Below, piece by piece: positions 23,380 through 34,171 of a DNA stretch of 64,000 nucleotides (position 1 is the stretch's first letter; each line of letters starts with the position of its first letter). Below the pieces are notes generated by a model that searched no databases, was not told the origin of the DNA, and was given only the letters and a program-made list of their open reading frames with translations. Position numbers and translations under genes: made by a program. The stretch is from Takakia lepidozioides (lineage: Eukaryota; Plantae; Bryophyta): the NCBI GenBank assembly GCA_030704615.1, contig CM060734.1, positions 41,602,001 through 41,666,000 of the forward strand, read 5' to 3'.

Positions 23380-26160
23380 GAGAGACGACGTATACGGCGG
23401 TTCCTGAGGGCTTACAGGAATTGCTTTGCCTTCAGTTTGAAGGACTTGGGAGCACTGAAGGGTCAAGAGATCCGTATTGAGTTGGCCACTGACACGCCAA
23501 TCTTTCGGAGACCCTATAGATACAGTGACATGGAGAGGTCTTTGATTCAGATGAGGACTCAAGATCTCTGGGAGGCAGGTTTGGTGGAGCTCTCTGGTGG
23601 AGAGTATGCTTCAGCCACAGTGATGCCAGCCAAGAAGGATGTCTATGGCAATTGGACGGAGAGACGTATGTGCGGTGATTACCGGCCTGTAAATCGTCAG
23701 ACCAAGTCCGATAAGTATGCCATGCCAACACCAGAGGAGATCTTTGATGCCATCGGGCATGCTAAGGCCTTTAGCACTTTGGATTTACGATCCGGATATC
23801 ACCAGTTGCCAATCAAGGAGGCGGACAAGCAGAAGACGGCATTCTGGGGGATCAATGAGCACGGCAAGGATTGCCTATATCAGGGCGGTTCTTACCATTT
23901 GGGCTTAAGAATGCTCCTGCAGAGTTTCAGAGAGTCATGGATAGGATTCTAGCAGGGGTGGACTTTGCTCGGTGCTACATAGATGACATCATCATCTTTA
24001 GTGTTACGATGGAGGAGCATGAGAGACACCTTCAGGTGGTATTGGAGCGCTTGAGAGCGCACGGATTGAAGTTGCATCCGGGGAAGTGCAAGTTTTTCCA
24101 CAACCAGATTGAGTATCTGGGTCACATGATATATCCTGGAGGATTGGGGGTACAGCAGACTAAGGTAGAGGCCATTGCACAAATTCCACGCCCCACGGAT
24201 GTGAGCCGAGTTCGAGCTTTCATGGGGTTGGCAAACTATTATAGACGGTTTGTCAAGGGATTTAGTACCATTGCAAAGGCTCTAACCAAGCTGACCAAGG
24301 TGGACCAGGAGTGGCAGTGGGAAGATGAGCAGGAACGAGCTTTTCAAGAGCTCAAGGCGAGGTTGACCTCGGCGCCTATCTTGAGACGACCTATCAGGGG
24401 GCGTCCCTTTCAGCTGCATACGGATTGGAGCATGTTGGGGCTTGGAGCGGTGCTCACACAGGTGGATGATGAGGGAAGAGAGTTCGTAGTGGCTTACGCT
24501 AGCCGCTCGAACAACGCTGCAGAGGCTAAGTACAGCTCATATGAGGGAGAGTGCTTAGCTGCAGTGTGGGCCGTGGCACACTTCAGGTGCTATCTATACG
24601 GCAATCTTTTCACCCTTGTCACGGATCACCAGCCACTCAAGTGGTTGATGGTGTCAGACAAGCTTGCGGGGAAGCTTGCACGGTGGGCACTTATACTCCA
24701 GGAGTATGACTTTCAGGTTGTGCATCGACCGGGTTTGGTCAATCGGGATGCGGATGGATTGAGTCGCAATCCATGCATGAGCCAGCAGGATGACACTGGA
24801 GCTCGGTGGCATGGTGAGACGGACGAGGAGATGGTGCCGGGATGGCACGCATCTGCATTTTTGTGTATCTTGGCATCGGAAGGTCAGATTGGACCTACAA
24901 CAGGGATGACTGTAGACGGAGTGTCTGAGGACCCTGAGGCTAGTGATGAGCTAGGTGGTGCCAGAGATATACATGAGGATTTGGCTGTGTTGGACTACCT
25001 CCGCACGGGAGACACGACAGCCATTGTGACTGCTAGGGAGAGGGATCGGATCCTGCAACGAGCCAAGAGGTTCAAGTGGGAGGGGATACACCTACTTCGA
25101 GTGTGGGAGGATGGTCGGGTGAGGATTGTGCTTCACCCCACACAGCGTGCACGGTTAGTGCGGCATGCCCATGAGGAGTTGGGGCATTTTGGAGTGCGAC
25201 GCACTCACAGTTTACTGCAGGGGCAGTATTGGTGGCGTGGTATGCATACAGAGGTGCAACAGTTCGTGGGTAGGTGCATGTTGTGTGACAGGGTGCGTGC
25301 TTCATTCAATGCCCCTACACCACAGTTGCATCATTTACCAATCATGGGATTGGGCTACAGGTGGAGTCTTGACTTCGCAGGACCGTTGCCACTGACTATG
25401 CGCCACCACAGATATGTGTTGGTGATGGTGGAGCACTTCTCCAAGTGGATTGAGTTGGTTCCATTGCCTGACAAGGCTAGTGATGGGGCTGCGTATGCAT
25501 TCTTGGATCGTGTGCTTAGCCGATTTGGTGCTCCAGCTGAGGTACTCACGGACCAAGGGAGAGAGTTTTTGGGGGAGTTTTAGGCTTTGTGTGATAAAGC
25601 CTTGATAGACCACCGCACCACTTCTCGGGATCATCCTGAGGCCGATGGCTTAGTAGAGAGAGTTGTTCAGACGGTGAAGAGGGGTTTGCGCAAGTATGGC
25701 TTGCAGAAGAGACACCTAGGAGATTGGGATCTTCAGGTTCCTTGGTTAGCCATGGGCTACAGGTTCAGCAAACAAGCATCACTTGCCTCCTTCTCACCAT
25801 ATTTCCTTCTCTTTGGTCGAGAGCTGGATTTGCCTACAGCCATTCGTAGGGACACTGCTCAAGTCCTTAACCTTGACGATCCGGACGTGTGGGTACGTGC
25901 ATGTGATCAGCGTGCAGAGTTGTTCAAGAAAGTCATGCCCATGGCTTTTGAGAACCTTGTCATTGCACAACACCGTGATACGTTGAGGTATGCCACTATA
26001 CGTGGTGGAGGATATCGTCCTGGGGTTCGGAGGTTTAGCCCTGGTGACTATGTTTATTTGCAGCAGACTGCTCCTACGACTCTGGATGTTACTGCAGGGC
26101 GTGTTATTCTGATGGTTCGAGAGGTGTTGCCCTCAGGGGTCCTGATCTTGGAGGGAACTT
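23380..26160 (+). pseudogene. Reverse transcriptase - RNase H - DDE integrase
   Basis: RMCGDYRPVN, LDLRSGYHQ, LPFGLKNAP, YIDD; LHTDWS, EGECLA, TDHQPL; HEELGHFG..CMLC, SLDFAGP, LTDQG, GLVERVV. Frameshift near 23880 and stop at 25581. Confidence 0.95.
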
Positions 26161-26185
26161 GGCAGTGGTACCTGCAGGTTTGAGG

Positions 26186-26329
26186 TGCATGCTCTGTGGG
26201 TCTGCCAAAGGGGCAGCCACCATGCTGGTGTGTGATCGATGCTCAAGGGGTTGGCATATGGGATGCTTGACACCACCTCTTGAGAAGGTTCCTGACGGAG
26301 ATTGGTTGTGTCCACACTGCTTGGGATAG
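26186..26329 (+). pseudogene. C-terminal PHD finger (C4HC3) after the integrase; not in the ORF track
   Basis: Manual translation CMLCGSAKGAATMLVCDRCSRGWHMGCLTPPLEKVPDGDWLCPHCLG*; now out of frame with the integrase (shift near 26155). Confidence 0.92.
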
Positions 26330-26574
26330 TGGCAGTGGACATGACTGGAGGCAGCTAACAAGACATGGGAGGCCAAGCTCATAGGAGTCAATACATGAGA
26401 TCCCAAGCTCAAGTTCACAGGTTGCAAGACGGAGACTAACGATGGGGCAACTCTTGCACCCGGCCTCTTGATCTATCGAGTTTGAGTGTGGGATAGTGGT
26501 GGAGGACTTAGTGAGGCTATGGTCACTATCACATCTTGTGGCTACCTGGACTTAGAGGGACCTAAGCACTAGCT

Positions 26575-26585
26575 AGGGGGGCGAT
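26575..26585 (+). promoter_or_regulatory. Polypurine-tract-like sequence
   Basis: aggggggcgat immediately before the TG that begins B1. Confidence 0.65.
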
Positions 26586-26773
26586 TGTGTGGACTAGTGA
26601 TTGCCATAGTGGGCAGCATAGTGGCAGCCTAGTGACTGACTAGTTGTAGCCTAGTGGTTGGATTAGTGGCTGGACTAGTGGTGGACTAGTGGTATACTAG
26701 TGTGTGGTGTGCACATGTGTTGTGTGGTTTTGGACAGCGATGTAGTTGTGTAGCGATATGTATGCGCACGACA
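26586..26773 (+). repeat. Repeat B1
   Basis: TGTGTGGACTAG...GCACGACA; matches 27104-27279 except 2 substitutions and a 12-bp indel in a ctagtgg array. Confidence 0.95.
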
Positions 26774-26775
26774 GC

Positions 26776-27102
26776 TGTCAAGTTATTTTACCACTAGTGT
26801 GAAACTAGCTAGGAAATAGCTAGCTTTTACATATTGACATTTGGGATTGGCCCAAGTGTCAATCCAGGGGTCAAGGCAGATTTAGGCCCTGAAGTGGTTA
26901 TCTTCACGGCAAGCGCGGAAGGCTCATCTTTCTCGAGTTGAGCCTCACCGCGCCTAGCTATGGCGCCGTAGTGTGGATTCCCCATGGCGTGGGGTGCACT
27001 TGGCTTGACTTGTATTTGAGTGATGAGGTTATATATGCATGAGTTTATGTTTCAGCTTTGTGAGCTCGCATGAGCTTGTGCTTGTATTCTTCTTCTTTAT
27101 CA
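26776..27102 (+). repeat. Repeat A2
   Basis: Direct copy of A1; joined to B1 through the palindrome gacagctgtc (26770-26779). Confidence 0.95.
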
Positions 27103-27103
27103 T

Positions 27104-27279
27104 TGTGTGGACTAGTGACTGCCATAGTGGGCAGCATAGTGGCAGCCTAGTGACTGACTAGTTGTAGCCTAGTGGTTGGACTAGTGGTGGACTAGTGGTA
27201 TACTAGTGTGTGGTGTGCACATGTATTGTGTGGTTTTGGACAGCGATGTAGTTGTGTAGCGATATGTATGCGCACGACA
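27104..27279 (+). repeat. Terminal repeat B2
   Basis: Direct copy of B1; ends the element, followed by TSD CGGG. Confidence 0.95.
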
Positions 27280-27283
27280 CGGG

Positions 27284-30200
27284 TGTAACCAAAGACAATT
27301 GGGCTGGCCCAGGGTGAAATAGAGGGCTTAATGACCCCTGCATCAAGCATCTTGGTCAGTTCACTTTGCATGATCTCTCTCTCTTTAACGCTCTCCCGAT
27401 AAGCATATTGCTTAACAGGGTTACCCTCAGTCACAATATCATGCTTGAGAACATCTGCATGACCTAAGTCATGAGAACCAGCACTGAAAACATCAAGATT
27501 GTCACGAATAACCTGATAAAAACGAGTCAGTGAGACTGGATCTCATTTTGATGTAACAAAGACCTGATCAAGATGAGCAGATTGTGCAGGGGTGAAAGGA
27601 CCAACCTTTTGCGCAACCACAACTTGAGCCAAGAGAGCAAGTGATCTACGGGGTCATCAGACAAGCCAATGTCAGCAAAATTTAGTGCATGCTAGACTTC
27701 TCCTAATTCAGCCAAAGGGGTGGCGGTGAGCCGTGCTAAGACCTGACCTTTGCAAATGGTAATAGATATGCGCTCTGGATTAGCAATCAAGAGTCTGAGC
27801 TCCTTTTTAAAGCCCTTGTCTAAAACCCTAGATGCAATCAAGCAATGGGGTAAGTGTAGGCTAAGGTGGCTCAGTTTGGACGTCACACTGCAGTTTTTTC
27901 AACGAGTGCTCTTTATATTATTTGTAATATTGTGCAAATAAGTTTATCTTCATCCCAAATGAGATTGAATGTCGCTAGTCATACATGTTGGTATTATTAT
28001 TTTGCAAGTTAGATGATTTTTCATGGAGCTATGGACTTTTTAGGACTTGCATTCTGGGCTGTCACATTCCCAGTTTGTCCACAATTGGACTCTCAAACAC
28101 TAACTTGCACTTAGTCATTTTACATATGGACTCCGAATATAGATTACCGTTGAAGAATAAGAGATATGGATGAATTTGTAGACAATTTCATTCATTTGTT
28201 AATGTGTTATGGACTTTTATATACCTCCAAATATACCCGAAATCTCAAAAGTCCATGGTGTTAAAAAAAATTCATATTTGGGTAGAACTCTTCAATGACA
28301 ATATAAATATTGTCATTATCTGCAAGTTTTTATAATTAGATGGACAAATGTCATATAGAATTGAGGACCTACAAATTCGTTTTTTTTTTAAAATTATGGA
28401 ATAATATTTATAATAAAAAATATCTCAAATATTTAGGATTGAGCCATTTACTAAAAGTGTTAGGCATATTGTTATCTATCAAAGTAAAATATATTTGAAT
28501 AAAAAACATAAATTAACTTTTTGCCCATGGACTTTCATGGAGGTCACATCTGCCGTTTTTAAGCTACCTGATTCTGCACTCACCCAGTGCTTAGATAGCA
28601 TCAAATGCTTCCAGCCCTCTACTTCAAGAAAGCTGCCTTGTGGACAGAGAAAGGTAGGTCCAAGGGAAACAATCTTTTGAGAAGAAGTATGAATGACAAA
28701 GTCAACAGGGTTTCGTAGGAGAATAGTGTTACTTGGAATGGAAATGGGAGCTCCACTCTTCTTGCCAGGTAAAGGTGGATGCCACTCATACAAGGTGGAA
28801 GGAGCAGTTTTGGTGAAGTTGAAGTACCTGGTCCAATTATACTGCTCACCAACATGCCTTTTGGCTTCAACAGCAAGAGCACTCATGTGGGAGAGATGAG
28901 CAGTAGTACATCCCGCTGGTAGGGAGGCTGAGTTAAGCTGTATCTTGTGGGGCGGGGAAGTTCCACTGGCAAGCCACATGATGTTTTCGACCACATCAAA
29001 CTTGGCCCCTGCGGCACACATCCAATCCAAACCCAAAAGCAATTACTCCCCTATGGTAACAATGCAAGTCAATGTAACAGACTTGCAACTGCCCTTAATA
29101 TGAATGGTGACCAAGCCAAGTGGTTCATAACGCGTGCCATTTGCAATGGTCACCTGCAGACCCATGGCGGGAGTTAGTTTTAAACCAAATAATCTAACAA
29201 TTGATAAAGGCACAGCAGACATGGTGCAGCCCGTGTCTACAACACAGGGAAATGAAAGATGCCATATGTGACATTGTGCCATGAGAGGATGCACTATTTC
29301 CTTTCTAAGCTTCCGGTTGGCCTCACAGTGCATCAATTTAAACTCATTTGACAACATCACAGAGACAATCTAGCTACCTTGGTCAGGGTTTTTTTTTTTG
29401 TTCGTTTGGCCCCTTTACGAACGATCGCCCTCATTTAAAGGTTGCTTACCTTTTCTCTTTCTTGGTGCGCATGTATTCTTCTATCATGCCCGGAACCAGA
29501 TCCGCATAGTTACAAAACCTAGTCCAATCAAGAGATCCGCAAATGAAGCAGACAACTCTCTTACCCTTGACCTCATACCATTTTCCCGTATGAGTGTGAT
29601 CACGATGGGAATCAGGAGGTGGTGCCTTAGCAAGTGGTGAGCGCCATGACCCCTCAGTACGAATTGCCTGAAGCCGAGTGTGGAGCTCTTGCTGCAAGGT
29701 CTTGACCTCATCAAGTAGGGTTGGAAACAAGTTTGCAGAGCCTAAGCGTGCCATCCTCTCATCCATCATTTCAACCATGTGTCGCTTGTTACGATAGGGG
29801 TGTTTTTGTACGTATACCTGATCTGAAGCAGGCAAGCCAGTGATGAAATAAGTTTTGAGATTGGACGTGCGCTCGGAGAAGATCATTTGCTCGGTGGTAC
29901 GTGTAGCCCTCATGGCTAAAAATCGATCCGAGCTTTGGCATTTTCTAGGAGAAGTGGTGTACATGTTGCACAAGCAACGGTTTGTGGGATCTTACGATAT
30001 TACTGATTGGGAGAACGAGCTCCGACCAGTGCTGCGCCGAAGAGGAAGGTGACATCTTTCATTTTCTGATTCACTATATGCCTGTGACTACTCGTTCTGG
30101 TAAGGAGTCGTGGAATGTCTAGGATGATTTGGACGATGTAGATCTCACTGAGCATGTCAAAGTTGATGATGAGGAGTCCCCTGATCCCATGTCAGAGGGT

Positions 30201-31067
30201 ATTTGCAGGATTAGGTGTCTCAGTTTTTGCATAACATGGCAGTTTCTGCAGTGATTTCCCTCCATGATTTTACCCATATTTGTCCAACAACTCGATATTT
30301 CATCTAAATTTATGTGGTGTAGGGTTTCTAACTACAACAGGTATGTGTACCAATTGTTAGATTGCAAAAACAATCATATACCAGAGAGCCATGGAATTTT
30401 AAAGTTGATTACTGTGGAGTGCAGATGTTACACATAAAATCTTATGGACTGAAAGATTAAGAGGTAGTGTGCGAAAAACGTAAGACAGGCAACCCGGCTA
30501 CGTGATCCTCCCACGAGATGTCAATGTTATGTTCGGGCTTCCAAGTGGGTCGTAGATTGGCCAACCAGAGAGGTGCCTCCACGTACAAACTCCCACAAAC
30601 GCTCTGGGCTAGGCCGCTTGGGTGGCAAGAATTCAGTGGTGAGGTCTCCCGCCACAGTGAACTGGGGACCCAAGCTCGGCCCAACTGAGCTTGTCTCCAG
30701 TCAACAGACGAGTCTTAGCTGTAGCTAGGGGTAGCTTCAGCCCAATCTCTGCTGCATAGAGACGCTGCAAAATCTTAGCCGCTCGGGCCCCTGGAAACGC
30801 TTGGATGCACTTGCATCGTTGTTCCGCCTCTTCCTCAGGTGTGCTGGTGGGTTTGAGACCCTCGATCGCAGCAGTCAGCTCAAATTGCCAGACCCAGTGG
30901 TCAGAAGGCGTATCAAGGATGAGCTCAGGCTGCTCAAGAGGTTCACCAAGAGGAGGATACTGATCTACTTCCACCATCAGTTTGGGGTCCACTGTACCAT
31001 GAAGAACGCCTGCAAAGACAACTTTAAAATCGTCCGAAGGAGTTTCTTTGTATGCACTCCTCCTCAA
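27284..31067 (-). pseudogene. Host Gypsy gag, protease, dUTPase-like spacer and RT N-terminus (degenerate)
   Basis: ORF fragments 30633-31067, 29446-29973, 29043-29360 (CVVDTGCTMSAV), 28479-29042 (LLGLDW), 27692-27886 and 27192-27434 (MLDAGVIKPSISPWASPIV). Confidence 0.85.
27859..28574. mobile_element. Non-autonomous TIR element (TGCA-target family), copy 3
   Basis: Shares ctcagtttggac (left) and cacatctgccg (right) with 13328-14073; interior is alignable; flanks are TGTA and TGCA. Confidence 0.75.
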
Positions 31068-31304
31068 CTAGAGCTCGTGAAGATGATGTCATGGCTGCTG
31101 ATCAGACAAACACAAGAGACCACAACCACAACAATAAACAAGCAAAAACGCAAAGACAAACAAGAATTGAGAAGCGCCGTCATTGCAAAATCAACAGTGT
31201 ACTTCTACCTGGTGTACTCATAGTGAATGAACAAGTAATGATTAATGAGATCTTGCAACCCGCCTCCATCAAGATTCTGCACTCACGAGTTTATTCCCCT
31301 CATC

Positions 31305-31775
31305 TGTGGGATTGTGCTAACAGAGGGATGTAAGCTCGGTAAAGTTTGCAAGCGAGGAAGGGATGATCTTCTTCTGAGGACGTCAGATTTCACACGCTAA
31401 CACTTAGTTCATGCAGACACACAATATCTATCCGCCACAAGCACTTCCGTATACATGAGATTAACACTAGAAACGTACATCAACTGCCTAGGTTTGCAGC
31501 CGACCTCTCTTTTTAATCCATGGCTTAAGATCACATCACCACAGGATGACATGTCCTGATTGGCCCACTAGATTACAGCGAGATGCCCATCCAGATAGGA
31601 TGACACATAAGCTAACTTAGAGATAAGGTAGTTGTTAACATAAGACAATCCTTAGTTATAAAGAGATCCGCCAACCTGTCTTCATCCCTAGCTTTTCATA
31701 ATGGTTATTCATCTACGTTTAGCATTTATGTTCATCCAATGTCAAATAATAAGGTAGATGTGAATTTAGTCTTGC
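31305..31775 (-). repeat. 5' LTR-like repeat of the host Gypsy
   Basis: Direct repeat of 11390-11864; the outer end runs into a PPR fragment, so no TSD is visible. Confidence 0.85.
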
Positions 31776-31846
31776 CATGGATTCTGCAGGCTCTAAGCAA
31801 GGCCTTCCACACCACAACATCTGGATTGATTGGCATCTTATTAATC
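31772..31846 (-). pseudogene. Short PPR E-domain fragment
   Basis: Reverse complement closely matches about 62188-62263 (INKMPINPDVVVWK.LL.ACRIHG). Confidence 0.8.
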
Positions 31847-32329
31847 TATACCTTGAAGGTTTGTTGTGATATCGATTTGGACCTTGTCCTTGCCCCAGCG
31901 ACACCTGCCTTAAATCCCCTTCACCTGTGTAGAATCTGTCTTTGCATCAAAGTTACTGATGAATTCCTTCATCAGTTCCTTATGATGTATGGACCAATTA
32001 TTTTGAGAAAACATTGTAATTGTAACTCTTCCAGAACGTAGTTGCGTCAGATGAGAAGATAAATCAGGCTCTCAAGGATATAAAAATTTATCTTATAATG
32101 ACTCTAAAGGAGCTCAGTTATGAGCTAAGAGCTTACGTACATGATTATGATTATGAAGATCTTGTGTATGATCCTAGACAATATGTGTATCTTCGTTTTA
32201 TCTTCATAAGATCTGTTCTTGTATCCTCATAAGATTTGTATAGATAGATGTCATCATACTCTATTTAAAATGGTATGTTGCATTACAGACATATTAATAG
32301 TTCATAGAAGACATATCTTGAAGGATGTG

Positions 32330-32900
32330 CGTTTGCGGTCGCTTGTATTTTGGTTTTTTCCATCCCGGACAACTGTTTTTAAACTTAAATAATTATTAAC
32401 TAAGGTATTTTTTGTCTTTTTAAAAATTATAAGCGACTGCCAATATTAACGATCATTTTTATTAAAATAATATTAATTAAATAATTATTACTTCAAGCAC
32501 TTCCAATATTGGCGATCAAGTGTATTTTTACATTTCTTAAATTACAAGCAGCCGTCAAAACTGGTGGTCGTTTGTTTTCTAAATACATATTTATGAATCT
32601 AAATAAATATCAATTCAAAGCAACCACCAATATGGGTGGTCGTTATGTTTCTGAAATAAATACTTATTTATTTAGGTATTTATTTATTGAAAAACGACTG
32701 CCAATATTGACAGTTGTTTGTATTTTTGCATTTCTTAAATTACAAACATCCGCCAATATTCGGGATCAATTGTATTTCTTAACTTTTACAAATAAACCGT
32801 AAAAATTGAAAAAATCAGCAACCGTCTTTACTAGAAAATAATAATAAATATCTTATTTTTCTTGGGTGGAATAGCCGTATAAAAATACGGACGTTGACAA
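32330..32900. repeat. AT-rich motif-array element related to 9830-10620
   Basis: gcgactgccaatatt / ttggcgatc-type motif copies in an AT-rich background. Confidence 0.5.
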
Positions 32901-32919
32901 CTGCAATCTAGAACGGCTC

Positions 32920-33090
32920 GTATATATATGTCTTGAGAGGTTGTTCACTGGGTGCCAAGCCTAATGTTTGTCTGTACACTCCTTCGAAACCTCCTTCCGT
33001 CAGTAGTCTGGTTACGTAAGTAATCCTTTCCCAGGCAGAGTCTGTCATAGAGGGCCCAGCTCGTAAGTGGCCCAAACATCTTCCAGCCGT
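32920..33090 (-). pseudogene. GEM-like (GRAM-domain) gene fragment
   Basis: HLRAGPSMTDSAWERITYVTRLLTEGGFEGVYRQTLGLAPSEQPLKTY resembles the conserved HLKTGPS..DAA..RI...TK.L.EGG.E.IF.QTF segment of plant GEM-like proteins (recognised by eye). Confidence 0.7.
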
Positions 33091-33609
33091 ATGCATACAG
33101 TTGGTCAAGCTCTCAACTATGTGATCTTTGGGACGAGTCCTTTCCAACTGCGAGCTGCTATACGGACTACTTGGCTGTCCGCCCAAACAGGAGGGAGGGG
33201 CAACAAAGCCAGTCGGCTGTTCATCGTCATGTAAGATGCTCTCATACTCCGGAGCTCCATGAGCGGGCTAAGATGCGGCGTGCCAGTTAATATTGCAGGG
33301 AGGCGAATTGCGATTAGCAGGCTCTTCCGTAACTGGAGCTCTAAAACCCTGGTGCAAAGGGGTCGAACTCTGATGTTGATTGCTAATATTTGGGCTGGAT
33401 ATGGTATCGGCACCAATGGAGGACGAATAGCTAGCTCCATCAACGAACCGGCCTGCAATGGTGGAGCTGCGAACAGAATTAGCTTTGATAAGAATTGACG
33501 TTGATGGTCTGATGTACCTGGCCCACTCGCCATGGCTGGGATACTTAGTCATGGTCTTGTTCAAAATGGCTGAGGGAGAAAGACGATTGTGCGCTGAGGA
33601 CCGGCAATC

Positions 33610-33870
33610 CCTACACAACAACCCCGAAAATTAAGACCTCCAATCTCACGATGCTGCCATCCAAACAAGAAGCCGGACAAGTTGAGTGCAACGAAAGGCA
33701 CCAATAGAGCTTTCAACAGGTTGATATGCCAGTTTGTTTTGTCCAGGATCAGCAAATACACAACAACAATGGACGCAAACCTCTGGAGAGTCTCTCTCAA
33801 TTTGAAGGCAGCCCCAATATCGGCAGCGATATGCACGCCCAGGCTACGGAGAGCCTGACCCGCGACGTGC
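33610..33870 (-). pseudogene. COR413/WCOR413 cold-regulated membrane protein fragment
   Basis: FASIVVVYLLILDKTNWHINLLKALLVPFVALNL resembles the COR413 signature AAIYLLILDRTNWRTNMLTSLLVPYIF. Confidence 0.75.
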
Positions 33871-34171
33871 ATATCGAAAGCCATACTTTCTGCACCGACG
33901 CTCCGCATGAGGTCACATTCAGTGCGAATCCTTGTAGACCTGCCTGCATTGCTACACGATTCATGTGAAACTGAAGACCTCGGGTATCTGTTGCTACGTA
34001 CTCTCCAAATTAGAACAAGCAAGATGACCTTGCTTGCGGGAAGCAGCTAGCACGATCGTGGTCACATGTTCCAAAGATGACCAGTAGGGAACTCAGGGAA
34101 AGATCCACAATTCTGTTTCTAGAACCTGTTGTGGTCTACATGAGAGACAAATCTGGGGATGTCCCCCTTAT

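Larger units (their letters stand above)
15980..27279 (+). mobile_element. Gypsy-like retrotransposon encoding a C5 DNA methyltransferase and a PHD finger, with split direct repeats (A1...B1-A2-B2)
   Basis: Starts TGTCAAG, ends GCACGACA; CGGG on both sides (15976-15979, 27280-27283). Excision restores the host RT reading SPWASPIVFGYTRFCVD. Internal gag-PR-DNMT-RT-RH-IN-PHD. Confidence 0.95.
11390..31775 (-). mobile_element. Old degenerate Ty3/Gypsy LTR retrotransposon hosting nested insertions
   Basis: Direct repeats at 11390-11864 and about 31305-31775. Minus-strand order is gag (CFICGS knuckle-like), protease (VVDTG), RT (SPWASP, YVDD), RNase H (QTDHLPL), integrase (GHLG, FDLVGP, YNPNATG). 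Confidence 0.85.

Noticed and set aside
15980-27279. DIRS/Ngaro (tyrosine recombinase) classification based on split repeats
   Set aside because: The element encodes an HHCC-DDE integrase, has TG..CA ends and a TSD, and shows no YR ORF.
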